Positions 21,142-29,800 of a stretch of 64,000 bases of DNA are shown in pieces (position 1 is the stretch's first letter; each line of letters starts with the position of its first letter). The notes below the pieces were generated by a model. The model worked only from the letters and a program-made list of their open reading frames with translations. It did no database searches and was not told the DNA's origin. The DNA is taken from positions 115,550-179,549 of the IMG/VR virus record IMGVR_UViG_3300028887_000066; one strand, written 5' to 3'. The position numbers and the translations under genes were made by a program. Source of the DNA: a virus (taxonomy: Duplodnaviria; Heunggongvirae; Uroviricota; Caudoviricetes).

Positions 21142-21217
21142 CGATTAAAATTTACTGATATTAGTAAATATACAAAAAAATATGGAGTATCCTATTAATA
21201 AGAACACTCCATAAACT

Positions 21218-21361
21218 TTATCTTGCTGGACGTTTTATCGTTCTCCTTCTACTTGCAGTTTTCCCATTCTGCACCTTTACCGTATTCGGATTGTAAATAT
21301 ATCTCTTAGTAACCTGTTTATTGGTTCTATTATCAGGCTTTGAACCGCATCCGCATCCCAT
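21218..21361 (-). CDS. Small basic MGCGC-motif protein (47 aa)
   Basis: Manual translation MGCGCGSKPDNRTNKQVTKRYIYNPNTVKVQNGKTASRRRTIKRPAR; fills the gap and is followed by a terminator hairpin. Confidence 0.6.
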   Translation of the reverse strand: MGCGCGSKPDNRTNKQVTKRYIYNPNTVKVQNGKTASRRRTIKRPAR

Positions 21362-21384
21362 AATATATTAATTTATAAACTTAG

Positions 21385-22116
21385 TTATGTTTTGTCAAAT
21401 AATTTCTTTAAATTAGTGATAAGAGGCTGATAAAAATTATATACAAGAACCGACAATATTTTTTTCTTCTCACCATCAAATACATAGCAATATAATTTTC
21501 CATCATCGGTTATATCGACTCTTGCCGTCTTATTGCCTGTTTTCTTTGCAAACATTTTTTCAGTATAAAATGCAAAACCTATTGAGTTATTCGGCTCTAT
21601 GCAATACCTCACCTCTTCCACGTTTTTAGGCTCACCCTTACGTTTAATATAGTCTTGTGCCGTACCTTTACTCATTGTATATGAAAGATACTCCCATTTA
21701 TCAATAGGCAAACCCCAAACAGTAGATTTATCCTCATTTAAACCGCTTTTAAGATTTTCATTTGACACCTTCTCATATTTTTTAAGTTTCTTTTCACGTT
21801 CTTCCAAAGAATTAATAATTTTCTTCTTGTCATCCCAACTATTAATCCACGATTCGTCTTTTTTTAAATCCTCAAGAAGCTCTCGATATTTATCAGTAAG
21901 TTTTTTTCTCACATCTGTCTTTCCATATTTAATGTTTATCAGACTATCCAATACGAACTCTAACAATGCTAATTTAGACCATTTGTCCGCACTGCCTTCA
22001 GTGTATTTTTTCAGGGTTTTTGAAACCTCATCGATAAAATCACCTCTCAAGTCCAATTGAGCGTCTCCGTCATATGGGCCATATCCCCACGAACCTTCGT
22101 TTAACATACTGTTCAC
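21385..22116 (-). CDS. Hypothetical protein with DUF4259-like N-terminus
   Basis: GSWGYGPYDGDAQLD resembles the GxWGxGxFxxD motif. Confidence 0.5.
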   Translation of the reverse strand: MNSMLNEGSWGYGPYDGDAQLDLRGDFIDEVSKTLKKYTEGSADKWSKLALLEFVLDSLINIKYGKTDVRKKLTDKYRELLEDLKKDESWINSWDDKKKIINSLEEREKKLKKYEKVSNENLKSGLNEDKSTVWGLPIDKWEYLSYTMSKGTAQDYIKRKGEPKNVEEVRYCIEPNNSIGFAFYTEKMFAKKTGNKTARVDITDDGKLYCYVFDGEKKKILSVLVYNFYQPLITNLKKLFDKT

Positions 22117-22140
22117 CTTTTATAGAATAAATACCAAAAA

Positions 22141-24009
22141 TCACTTAAAAAGCCACATACTTGCTTTATACGAAGAGGGAACGCCGCCTTTTTCGTAACT
22201 ATTCGATTTATAAACTGGCATCGCATATTTACCGTTGCTACTCATGCCGTTATTCTGATTTGAAACGCGATACGGGTCAAATACTATACGGTTATTCACG
22301 TTAATCATAGCCTGCATCATTGCGACATCTTTCTTTTTTGCCTCTATTTGACGATTAATGGAAAATTCCATCACGAATAACGTCATCGCTAAACAAGTAA
22401 TTGTGTCATCATGACAACCTTCCTTATGATCCATTTTTCCGTTTTTGAAAATCCATGTATCCAATTCATTAGCTACCCTGAGACTTCTTATCTTGAACTG
22501 ATTAGTCTTAACCATATTTGCAAAATTTGCAAGCATTTGAAATCTCACCGAACTGCTATGAAAACCTGGAAGCCCATCTTTTGTAACTTTCAATGAGCTG
22601 GCATCATTTTGTGCCGTATAGGTTTTCAAAGACGGATCATCATAATAAAGATTCGGATAATTAAGTCTCATCAGAGTAAGCAATGTTGCATCTCCATAAC
22701 CGCCGATACTTTCAACTATAATAAAAGCATCGTTATATAAATGCCCATAACTGTTTGCCACTTCGCCTATTGCATCTCCTAACAGTTTACCATTATATTC
22801 AAGGACTTGTTCTATGCATGGCTTACCATCTTCATCGACACCATCAAGGTCGATAATTTCCAATGCCGTGGCATCTTCAGAATCACCCCTTGAATTATCT
22901 ACACCCATCAAATATCTATGCCCCTCGTAAGGAGGTTTCCACACCCATGTATCTTCTAATATAGGGTCTTTATATTCAGGATTCGGGTCTCTTACATTAA
23001 GAGTCTTTTGCATTTCGATAAATTCGGGATCAACAACATTAGAATCAGAACCAAGAAAAGAAACATCCAACTCCTGTGCAATTTTTTGCGGGTTGTTATT
23101 AAAACCCTTGCACATACGGACATACCAAGGAGAAGTAGGTTTGTAACCCCTTCTCACCATGTTCTCCCAATGTTTTTCATTATATTCTATATTTCCCTTA
23201 TCATCAATGGTGTCTTCTTTGACTATTTCTATCTCTCCAGACTCTTCATTCCTCTTTCTCCATTCAAGGAATTTGTTGTACCTTGGGTCTTGATACCATT
23301 TAAGCTCAACACATTTGAAACTGTTTTTCCCGATAAGTGCCTGTCTGTATGTCTCATAGTACAGTTGGTCTTTACCGTTAGGGGTTGAAATCATTATAAC
23401 ATGACCACCTGTAGATACTGTAGCCAATGCAGAAGCATATACATCTTTACCTTTCTCAATGAACGCAGCTTCATCAAAAATAAGATATGTAACACCACCG
23501 ACACCACGAGATGCATCAGGGCCAGATGAACGTGCAACAACACGGCATCCGTTTTTTAAGACTAACTCCTTTTGATTACAGATTTCAAACACCTTTTCCT
23601 TGTTTTTTGGATCATCAGGATTAATATCAAAATATTCTTCACCCCAAAACCAACGTGGTAACTGAAATAGAAAATTTTTAATCTTTGTAACCATTTGTTG
23701 TGCAAGATCAAGTGTATTACCAATAACCAAAATAGTTAATGGAGATTCGGGGCTTGCTAATGCAATTTCACACGCGATGAATGCACCACATGTCGTGGTA
23801 ATTCCTGCTTGTCTCGGTTTAGTCGTTATAACGTCTTGAGAATCTGCAAGATAAGCGCACAAGTCACGTTGTCTTGGAAACAAATCAAATGGCACTTCCT
23901 TTCTTTGAGTCGCATCATAGGTTTTTAAATAATGAGTTATCATATATATTCTCGACCTATCAGCTACGCATTTAACATATTCTTGTGATATAAGATTTAT
24001 ATCAATCAT
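22141..24009 (-). CDS. terL: Terminase large subunit (T4 gp17-like)
   Basis: KPRQAGITT Walker A, LIFDEAAF Walker B, ISTPNG, nuclease MGVD...HDD. Confidence 0.93.
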   Translation of the reverse strand: MIDINLISQEYVKCVADRSRIYMITHYLKTYDATQRKEVPFDLFPRQRDLCAYLADSQDVITTKPRQAGITTTCGAFIACEIALASPESPLTILVIGNTLDLAQQMVTKIKNFLFQLPRWFWGEEYFDINPDDPKNKEKVFEICNQKELVLKNGCRVVARSSGPDASRGVGGVTYLIFDEAAFIEKGKDVYASALATVSTGGHVIMISTPNGKDQLYYETYRQALIGKNSFKCVELKWYQDPRYNKFLEWRKRNEESGEIEIVKEDTIDDKGNIEYNEKHWENMVRRGYKPTSPWYVRMCKGFNNNPQKIAQELDVSFLGSDSNVVDPEFIEMQKTLNVRDPNPEYKDPILEDTWVWKPPYEGHRYLMGVDNSRGDSEDATALEIIDLDGVDEDGKPCIEQVLEYNGKLLGDAIGEVANSYGHLYNDAFIIVESIGGYGDATLLTLMRLNYPNLYYDDPSLKTYTAQNDASSLKVTKDGLPGFHSSSVRFQMLANFANMVKTNQFKIRSLRVANELDTWIFKNGKMDHKEGCHDDTITCLAMTLFVMEFSINRQIEAKKKDVAMMQAMINVNNRIVFDPYRVSNQNNGMSSNGKYAMPVYKSNSYEKGGVPSSYKASMWLFK

Positions 24010-24101
24010 TTCTTTAACTTTTTATTGATAAATAGCTTTAAAAATAAAAATGGTATCCGTTCCCGAATACCATTTCTTATGTATCATTTTTTAATAATTG
24101 C

Positions 24102-24515
24102 TTAAAAATGACCGTATGGACGACCATTTGAATATCTGTCGCTATATCTGTAAGTACCATCGTCAATACCGTCATCTACATCATCATTGTCGTCATAGTA
24201 ACCTTTGCTTCTCTCGATAACCTTCATTATGGTGTCATCATCTGTCGGTTTTCCCTGACGCGCAAGAATTTGTTTAATGATATTGTATTGCATGGCACGT
24301 TTCTTGTCTGCCTTGTTTCCATTTTCAGGCTCCCTTTCCATCTGTTCAATGTCTGCATCGGTAGGCTCCCCAAGATCACTATCGTCATCATCCTCATCCG
24401 TATACCAATTGTCATCATCGTCTTCAATGTCACTACCATCAAACATTGATTCTTTCAGCATACCTGCAATAGTGTTCCTGACCATCTCACGAAGTTTATT
24501 CTCGGTAATTTTCAT
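24102..24515 (-). CDS. Hypothetical acidic, probable head-internal protein
   Basis: N-terminal KITENKLREMV motif. Confidence 0.6.
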   Translation of the reverse strand: MKITENKLREMVRNTIAGMLKESMFDGSDIEDDDDNWYTDEDDDDSDLGEPTDADIEQMEREPENGNKADKKRAMQYNIIKQILARQGKPTDDDTIMKVIERSKGYYDDNDDVDDGIDDGTYRYSDRYSNGRPYGHF

Positions 24516-24524
24516 AGTTTCGTT

Positions 24525-24884
24525 TTAATAATCATCTTCCTCGTCATCATACGAGTAATTATCCATATTCATTATAAGGTTATCCATTTCAAAATCGCCA
24601 TATGCATCGTTTCTGAGTCCAATACGCCCATTTTGAAGGAGTCTTGGATGACCGCTGCATATAGCATCAAAAATCTCACCCTTTTCGTGTAAGGCACTAC
24701 AGTTATATGTACGCCCGTTGCTAAAATACACAAGGAAATCATCATCTACCACACGATGAAGCAATTTTTCCAGCTCGTCGTATTCAAGATACCTCTCCTC
24801 GTATTTAGCCATTGTATCTTCACGAAGCCCCATTCTAAGAAAATCCTTGAACTGGGATTCTGTTAATGTTATCCTTTTTCCCAT
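24525..24884 (-). CDS. Hypothetical, probable head-internal protein
   Basis: N-terminal ITLTESQF motif. Confidence 0.6.
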   Translation of the reverse strand: MGKRITLTESQFKDFLRMGLREDTMAKYEERYLEYDELEKLLHRVVDDDFLVYFSNGRTYNCSALHEKGEIFDAICSGHPRLLQNGRIGLRNDAYGDFEMDNLIMNMDNYSYDDEEDDY

Positions 24885-24943
24885 TTTTTACAACACTTTG
24901 AGTATTTATTATTATAAATATGGTGTAATACCGAAAAATACTA

Positions 24944-25729
24944 ATGATAAAGGACGAATTAGAAAAGCAAAGAAAACTGACCAATACCAACCCCACGGAA
25001 AAACAGAAAAAGGCAGAAAACTATAAAATGGGGCATATACGAATTAACGGTTTTCAAATAAGCATAGAGAATCCAAAAGGAAGCTATAGAAGAGGAAAGG
25101 ATTCAAACGGCAAAGAATGGAAAACCCTGATGCATCATGATTATGGCTATTTTACAAAAACAGTCGGAAAGGACGGTGATGCTATTGATGTGTTCATTGG
25201 GCCGCATTATGATTCCACAAAGATTTTTGCCGTTGATCAAAAATTCGGTAATAAATTTGATGAAACGAAAGTAATGTTCTGTTTCAATAACATCGATGAG
25301 GCGAAGAAAGGATACCTCTCAAACTATGAAAAAGATTGGAAGGGATTTTGGAAAATAACAGAAACAGATATTGATACATTTAAAAAATGGCTATATGATG
25401 GACACAGGCAGTATAAGCCATTTTTCCAATATAAAGAAATAAAAAAGCAGAAACCAAATATGAAAGAGATTAAATTAACTGAAAGCAAACTTCAGGAACT
25501 CATAAGAGAATCTATTGCAGAAGTCGTAAACCGTAACGACTACGATAACGACAAAGCATACCAATATGACAGAGTTATGGATGTTCAAAATGCTAAGTCT
25601 GAGGTTGCAGATGCAATAAAAGCAGTTATAGAAAAATACCAATTGAAAAATGCTGAAATCTACAGGGTATTAGAAACAATGATAAAATATTTCTGTCCAG
25701 CACGGACAAATGGTATGATACAACAGTAA
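24944..25729 (+). CDS. InPase-domain (polyvalent-protein inorganic pyrophosphatase-like) protein
   Basis: NYKMGH...IENPKGS.R.G.D..G..W...YGY...GKDGDAIDVF...FDE.KVM; C-terminal IKLTESKL motif. Confidence 0.75.
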   Translation: MIKDELEKQRKLTNTNPTEKQKKAENYKMGHIRINGFQISIENPKGSYRRGKDSNGKEWKTLMHHDYGYFTKTVGKDGDAIDVFIGPHYDSTKIFAVDQKFGNKFDETKVMFCFNNIDEAKKGYLSNYEKDWKGFWKITETDIDTFKKWLYDGHRQYKPFFQYKEIKKQKPNMKEIKLTESKLQELIRESIAEVVNRNDYDNDKAYQYDRVMDVQNAKSEVADAIKAVIEKYQLKNAEIYRVLETMIKYFCPARTNGMIQQ

Positions 25730-26211
25730 ATTGTGGTTTATAAATAATTATTCCCGATAAGCTAGCATTATGCTTATCGGGATTTTTCTTTGTAGTAATA
25801 TAGAAGAAAAGAGTAAAAATCGGGAAGAAGGCTCCACCATTCCTTCTTCCCTTTTGCAGTCCATTTTTACATCGGTAGCGAAATTCCAATTCTATGTAAA
25901 CGGTGCAAATATCGTGATGTAATACATCTTCTCTTTTCGCTATACATAAATACTTGGGTTATATATTTTCTATAAAAAATTATAGATATTTTTGGCTATT
26001 CAAATATAAAACCTTATCTTTGCAAAGAAAATAAAAAAAAAAATAGTGAATTTTTGATCACTTTTCAAATTAATGGTATATTTATTGAGTAAAAACCACA
26101 TTTTTTAAAAAATGTTTGAAGTTTTGAAAATATTCATATATTTATAATAGAAATGTGATTTGAAAATAAACCAATAAGGAAATAATAAAGAGAAATACTA
26201 TTAGAAATAAA

Positions 26212-26337
26212 ATGGCAAACATTATGTATTCACATATTAGTCTCAGTTCAGCGTATTCTCCATCATTTGTCGATGGAGGCTATATTGACGCGCCGTTTTT
26301 TAATAGTAGTGGAGGGAAGACAGAAAATATAGAATAG
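26212..26337 (+). CDS. Short ORF (41 aa), possible leader peptide of the tRNA operon
   Basis: A-rich start context; MANIMYSHISLSSAYSPSFVDGGYIDAPFFNSSGGKTENIE; a terminator follows. Confidence 0.4.
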   Translation: MANIMYSHISLSSAYSPSFVDGGYIDAPFFNSSGGKTENIE

Positions 26338-26410
26338 AAAAATTGATCAAACAAAAAGCGTGGAAAAGAATCCACAACCTTTTCAAAAGGTACTATATAT
26401 ATTTCTCCTG

Positions 26411-26450
26411 ACCTCCAAAGATAACAAATCCTTGGGGGTTTTTCTTTTTC
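26411..26450 (+). terminator. Intrinsic terminator immediately before the first tRNA
   Basis: ACCTCCAAAG...CTTGGGGGT followed by a T tract. Confidence 0.55.
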
Positions 26451-26453
26451 TAT

Positions 26454-26526
26454 GGGGGAGAAGCTAACTAAGTAGAAGCGCTGGACTGAAAATCCAGAGG
26501 AGTTGGAGCGTTACCAACCTCCCCCA
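26454..26526 (+). tRNA. tRNA-Phe(GAA)
   Basis: Acceptor GGGGGAG/CTCCCCC; anticodon arm CTGGA-CTGAAAA-TCCAG; atypical T-loop. Confidence 0.85.
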
Positions 26527-26541
26527 CTAAAACTAATTAAA

Positions 26542-26781
26542 ATGGAACTGAAGAATATTGTTAAAGGAAGTGCAAAACTTCTTTTTATTAAGTCAGGCGG
26601 CATTGCTGTGTATCAACTGAATTCTGTTGACGGTAAGAAATATCAACTTGAAATTGATCTTTCAGACAAGCATGATGTTGGAGAAACTGCTACATTTGAA
26701 ACAGAATATGAAAAGTCGTTAATCCTTATGCGTTGGATACGGAGATCAATAGAAAATGAAACATTGTTTGAGATACTTTAG
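26542..26781 (+). CDS. Hypothetical protein
   Basis: ATG at 26542, MELKNIVKG... 79 aa. Confidence 0.7.
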   Translation: MELKNIVKGSAKLLFIKSGGIAVYQLNSVDGKKYQLEIDLSDKHDVGETATFETEYEKSLILMRWIRRSIENETLFEIL

Positions 26782-26860
26782 AAAAAAATTAATCCCGTTT
26801 TTGGCCAATTCAAAAAATAGACGTATATTTGCATTGTAATTCAAAAACAGTCAAAAGAAC

Positions 26861-27064
26861 GACGGGATAGCTCAAACGGTAGAGCGCAATCGACGTTATT
26901 CTCCGTGACGATGGAATAAAGAATGACCGAAACATGATTGGGGCTGAGAAAGCAGCGATCTTATTACGTATAGATACGAAACTGTCGTGTATTCTAGAGC
27001 GCACAGCAGATGTAGTTGAAAGAAAATTTGAAAGTTATGGGAGGTTCGAATCCTTGCCCCGTTG
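26861..27064 (+). ncRNA. tRNA-like RNA with ~150-nt insertion replacing the anticodon arm
   Basis: 5' GACGGGA-TA-GCTCAAACGGTAGAGC (acceptor plus D arm); 3' GGAGGTTCGAATCCTT...CCCCGTT (T arm plus acceptor); own promoter upstream. Confidence 0.65.
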
Positions 27065-27102
27065 ACAATTTAACAAAATTTAGAATAGAAAGGGAAAATT
27101 TT

Positions 27103-27228
27103 ATGATTATCAAATGCCCAAAGTGCCAACAGGATGTTAAAATTGACATCGCACACGCAGTAGATGAGAATGGTGAGGTGTTTATGTGTCCTCATTGTGG
27201 TTATCATTTCAGATATACAGAACGATGA
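27103..27228 (+). CDS. Small zinc-ribbon protein
   Basis: CPKC...CPHC. Confidence 0.65.
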   Translation: MIIKCPKCQQDVKIDIAHAVDENGEVFMCPHCGYHFRYTER

Positions 27229-27788
27229 AAGGCAGTTCTAACACAAAACAGTTCAAGAAATTCCAAATAAGATGGGCTGAAAAGTTAGGATATGAAAATG
27301 ACCCATATCTTATTAGATGGACATTTATATTCTTTGGCTATTCATTAAGAATCCACCATTGGATTAAATCAGATGATAACAGGTTTTTCCACGATCACAG
27401 TGCCGATTTACTAAGTATTGTGTTAAAGGGTCGGTATTACAATGTGAAGCCTATTTATCCTGACAAAAATCCTACCGATATTGTTGAAAAAACGTATTTT
27501 GAGGATGGCGACGGCTTTTCATTCGGAGGAGAAGGAAAAAATGAAAAATGGTGTTATGTAGAGGGTATTTTCAATTCATTGCACAATTTCCTTCATATGA
27601 ATCGCTCTATATGGTTTTCTAAAGCCGAGGACAGACATTATCTAAGTATACCGAAAGAAGGTGCGTGGACATTGATGTTCGAAGGAAAACCAAGACATAA
27701 GTGGGGATTTTATGTGAATGGGCATAAGTGGAGACCGTTAAGATATTTCCATAAATACGGAATAAAACAGGACAAAAATTATCAATAA
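27225..27788 (+). CDS. Cupin-like phage protein
   Basis: LRIHHW..SD...FHDH...SIVLKG.Y...RH.L motif; start at ATG 27225. Confidence 0.6.
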   Translation: MKGSSNTKQFKKFQIRWAEKLGYENDPYLIRWTFIFFGYSLRIHHWIKSDDNRFFHDHSADLLSIVLKGRYYNVKPIYPDKNPTDIVEKTYFEDGDGFSFGGEGKNEKWCYVEGIFNSLHNFLHMNRSIWFSKAEDRHYLSIPKEGAWTLMFEGKPRHKWGFYVNGHKWRPLRYFHKYGIKQDKNYQ

Positions 27789-27916
27789 AACAGCGAAAAA
27801 GGGTTTGTATTAGCAAGTCAAAACCTGAAACCCTGAACCTCCCTAAGTCGCCAAGCGTCTTATAGGTGACAGACCACGGGGTAATTCCCAAGGAGTGCAG
27901 TTAGTGGCTTATTTTC

Positions 27917-27994
27917 GCGGGATTGGTGTAGCTGAAGGCGCACGTCAGACTTCCAATCTGAAGGCATGCACGGGTTTGATCCCCGTATTCCGCT
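27917..27994 (+). tRNA. tRNA-Gly(TCC)
   Basis: GCGGGAT/ATTCCGC; TCAGA-CTTCCAA-TCTGA. Confidence 0.9.
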
Positions 27995-28097
27995 CAAAGT
28001 TTATAATGTGGCATTCTCAAGTACAAGGAACACACCATTCTTTATATGGTTATCCGTTTCCCTAGGCGGATTGTAAAATAGCACAGTAGGGGTGAAT

Positions 28098-28171
28098 GCG
28101 GGTGTAGCTCAGTTGGTTAGAGCATTACCTTGCCAAGGTAAGGGTCGTGAGTTCGAACCTCATCACCCGCT
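28098..28171 (+). tRNA. tRNA-Gly(GCC)
   Basis: GCGGGTG/CACCCGC; loop TTGCCAA. Confidence 0.95.
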
Positions 28172-28194
28172 CAAAATTAATTGATAATAACAAA

Positions 28195-28268
28195 GGCGGA
28201 ATAGCTCAGTTTGGTAGAGCGGAGGAGTCATAACCCTCAGGTCACAAGTTCGAGCCTTGTTTCCGCTA
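28195..28268 (+). tRNA. tRNA-Met(CAT), elongator type
   Basis: GGCGGAA/TTCCGCT; anticodon CAT. Confidence 0.88.
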
Positions 28269-28400
28269 CATAAAAAATAATTCTTGATAAGAGGTAAACG
28301 GAGGTAACAAGGTCACTACTGAACCGTATTTCAGGGTGTGTGACAAAGGTCTATGAGGTGTTACGGGAAACTGCATAGGAGTATTATTGAGAATTTTTAT

Positions 28401-28474
28401 GGGCCGATAGCTCAGTTGACTAGAGCATCTGATTTGCACTCAGAAGGTCGCGGGTTTGAGTCCCGCTCGGTCCA
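28401..28474 (+). tRNA. tRNA-Ala(TGC)
   Basis: G3:U70 pair; loop TTTGCAC. Confidence 0.95.
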
Positions 28475-28534
28475 CTACGTTGATAATCAATAAATTATAA
28501 AGTTTTGTTAAAATAAAAGTTTAACTAATAAAAT

Positions 28535-28762
28535 ATGGGAAAAAGCAGAAAAGGTGGGCTTCTGTCTCGTAGAAAGAGTGCATTAGCCAGATTGGAGGCA
28601 CAATACAAGGAATTCAAGAGTGCCAATGAAGATAAGAAGCCTTGGACAACTACCCGCAACGGAAAGCCTTATGAGCATGCAGGTAGGAAATACAATGCTG
28701 AGTGTGAACGTCTCTCAAAGGAGATTTCAATTCTTAAAGAGAAAATTACACGAGGTAAATAA
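28535..28762 (+). CDS. Hypothetical basic protein
   Basis: 75-aa ORF with A-rich start. Confidence 0.7.
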   Translation: MGKSRKGGLLSRRKSALARLEAQYKEFKSANEDKKPWTTTRNGKPYEHAGRKYNAECERLSKEISILKEKITRGK

Positions 28763-28877
28763 GGAAAAAATCAATACCAAGAGTTTTTAGACATGACGGT
28801 ATCAGATATTGATATGTAGGATAAAACTTATTTCGTCAAAATACATCCAAGAATTTTAGATTGGTATTTGATTAAAT

Positions 28878-28961
28878 GGGAGTGCGCCGAAGTTGGAGAG
28901 TCGGGGCAGACTGTAAATCTGTTGCCCTTGGGCTGAGTAGGTTCGAATCCTACCACTCCCA
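28878..28961 (+). tRNA. tRNA-Tyr(GTA)
   Basis: GCAGA-CTGTAAA-TCTGT; long variable arm. Confidence 0.95.
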
Positions 28962-28973
28962 CAAATAAATAAT

Positions 28974-29045
28974 GGTCTATTCGTATAACGGTTATTATAC
29001 TGGACTGTCTATCCTGGGACGAGGGTTCGACTCCCTCATAGACCG
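28974..29045 (+). tRNA. tRNA-Asp(GTC)
   Basis: GGTCTAT/ATAGACC; loop CTGTCTA. Confidence 0.9.
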
Positions 29046-29349
29046 CGTAACTAATTGAATGTCAATAAATTACAAAAGTCCCAAACTTTCTCCAAGAGGG
29101 ATTAATAAATAATTGGAGTGGATATAGACGAAACTATCCAATGTAGTTAAGTATTTCGGTGTCTGGAGCAAGTGGTGACTGCAAACAGAACAACAACGAT
29201 TGTAAAACTTAGTGAATGGCACAAAAGTTAGACGGGGAGCTGAAGATTGTTATTCAGGAAATGCCAAGATTGAAAGCCTAACCGAGGTGGAAGTTTTTAT
29301 TCAACAGCTCAGAACAAATGAATGGAAAACTTGACGATATTGGCAATAT

Positions 29350-29422
29350 ATAGGTGTAGTTCAGTTGGTAGAATGCGGCATTTGGGATGCTGTGGTCGCA
29401 GGTTCGAGTCCTGTCACCTATA
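29350..29422 (+). tRNA. tRNA-Pro(TGG)
   Basis: CGGCA-TTTGGGA-TGCTG. Confidence 0.92.
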
Positions 29423-29447
29423 CACAAAAACCAAAATACAGGAGTAA

Positions 29448-29520
29448 GCCCTGTTAGTTCAACCGAATAGAACGTGTGACTACGGATCATAAGATACGGG
29501 TTTGAATCCTGTACGGGGTA
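29448..29520 (+). tRNA. tRNA-Arg(ACG)
   Basis: Loop CTACGGA; GCCCTGT/ACGGGGT. Confidence 0.9.
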
Positions 29521-29666
29521 CAATTTTAAGGAATATAGCAACTTACATTGGCTTATGTCGAAGGGTATTAATACGGCTATGGAGCAGGCTGTAACATTTA
29601 GTTTATTCGTGGGCATATACAATGACGAGGCTTCATAAGTATCTAAGTTGTTCATATCCTTATTTT

Positions 29667-29754
29667 GGAGGCGTGGCAGAGTGGTTTAATGCAACGGTCT
29701 TGAAAACCGTCGGTCGTTAATAGCGGCCCGTAGGTTCGAATCCTACCGCCTCCG
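29667..29754 (+). tRNA. tRNA-Ser(TGA)
   Basis: ACGGT-CTTGAAA-ACCGT; long variable arm. Confidence 0.95.
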
Positions 29755-29800
29755 CGAGAAATAATAATGTTGTTTGTCAGCAATAAAAAAACTAATAAAA

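Noticed and set aside
25874-25887. GGTAGCGAAATTCC resembles a conserved 23S rRNA segment
   Set aside because: Only 14 nt with no flanking similarity; compatible with chance.
26503-26541. Upstream extensions of ORFs overlapping tRNAs or promoters (26503, 27016, 29774, 30421, 40054, 41294, 52050)
   Set aside because: Alternative-start artefacts; the true starts are downstream ATGs, or the ORF is spurious.
29060-29345. Firm call as RNase P RNA
   Set aside because: The P4 3' strand and other universal elements were not found; kept only as an unidentified ncRNA candidate.
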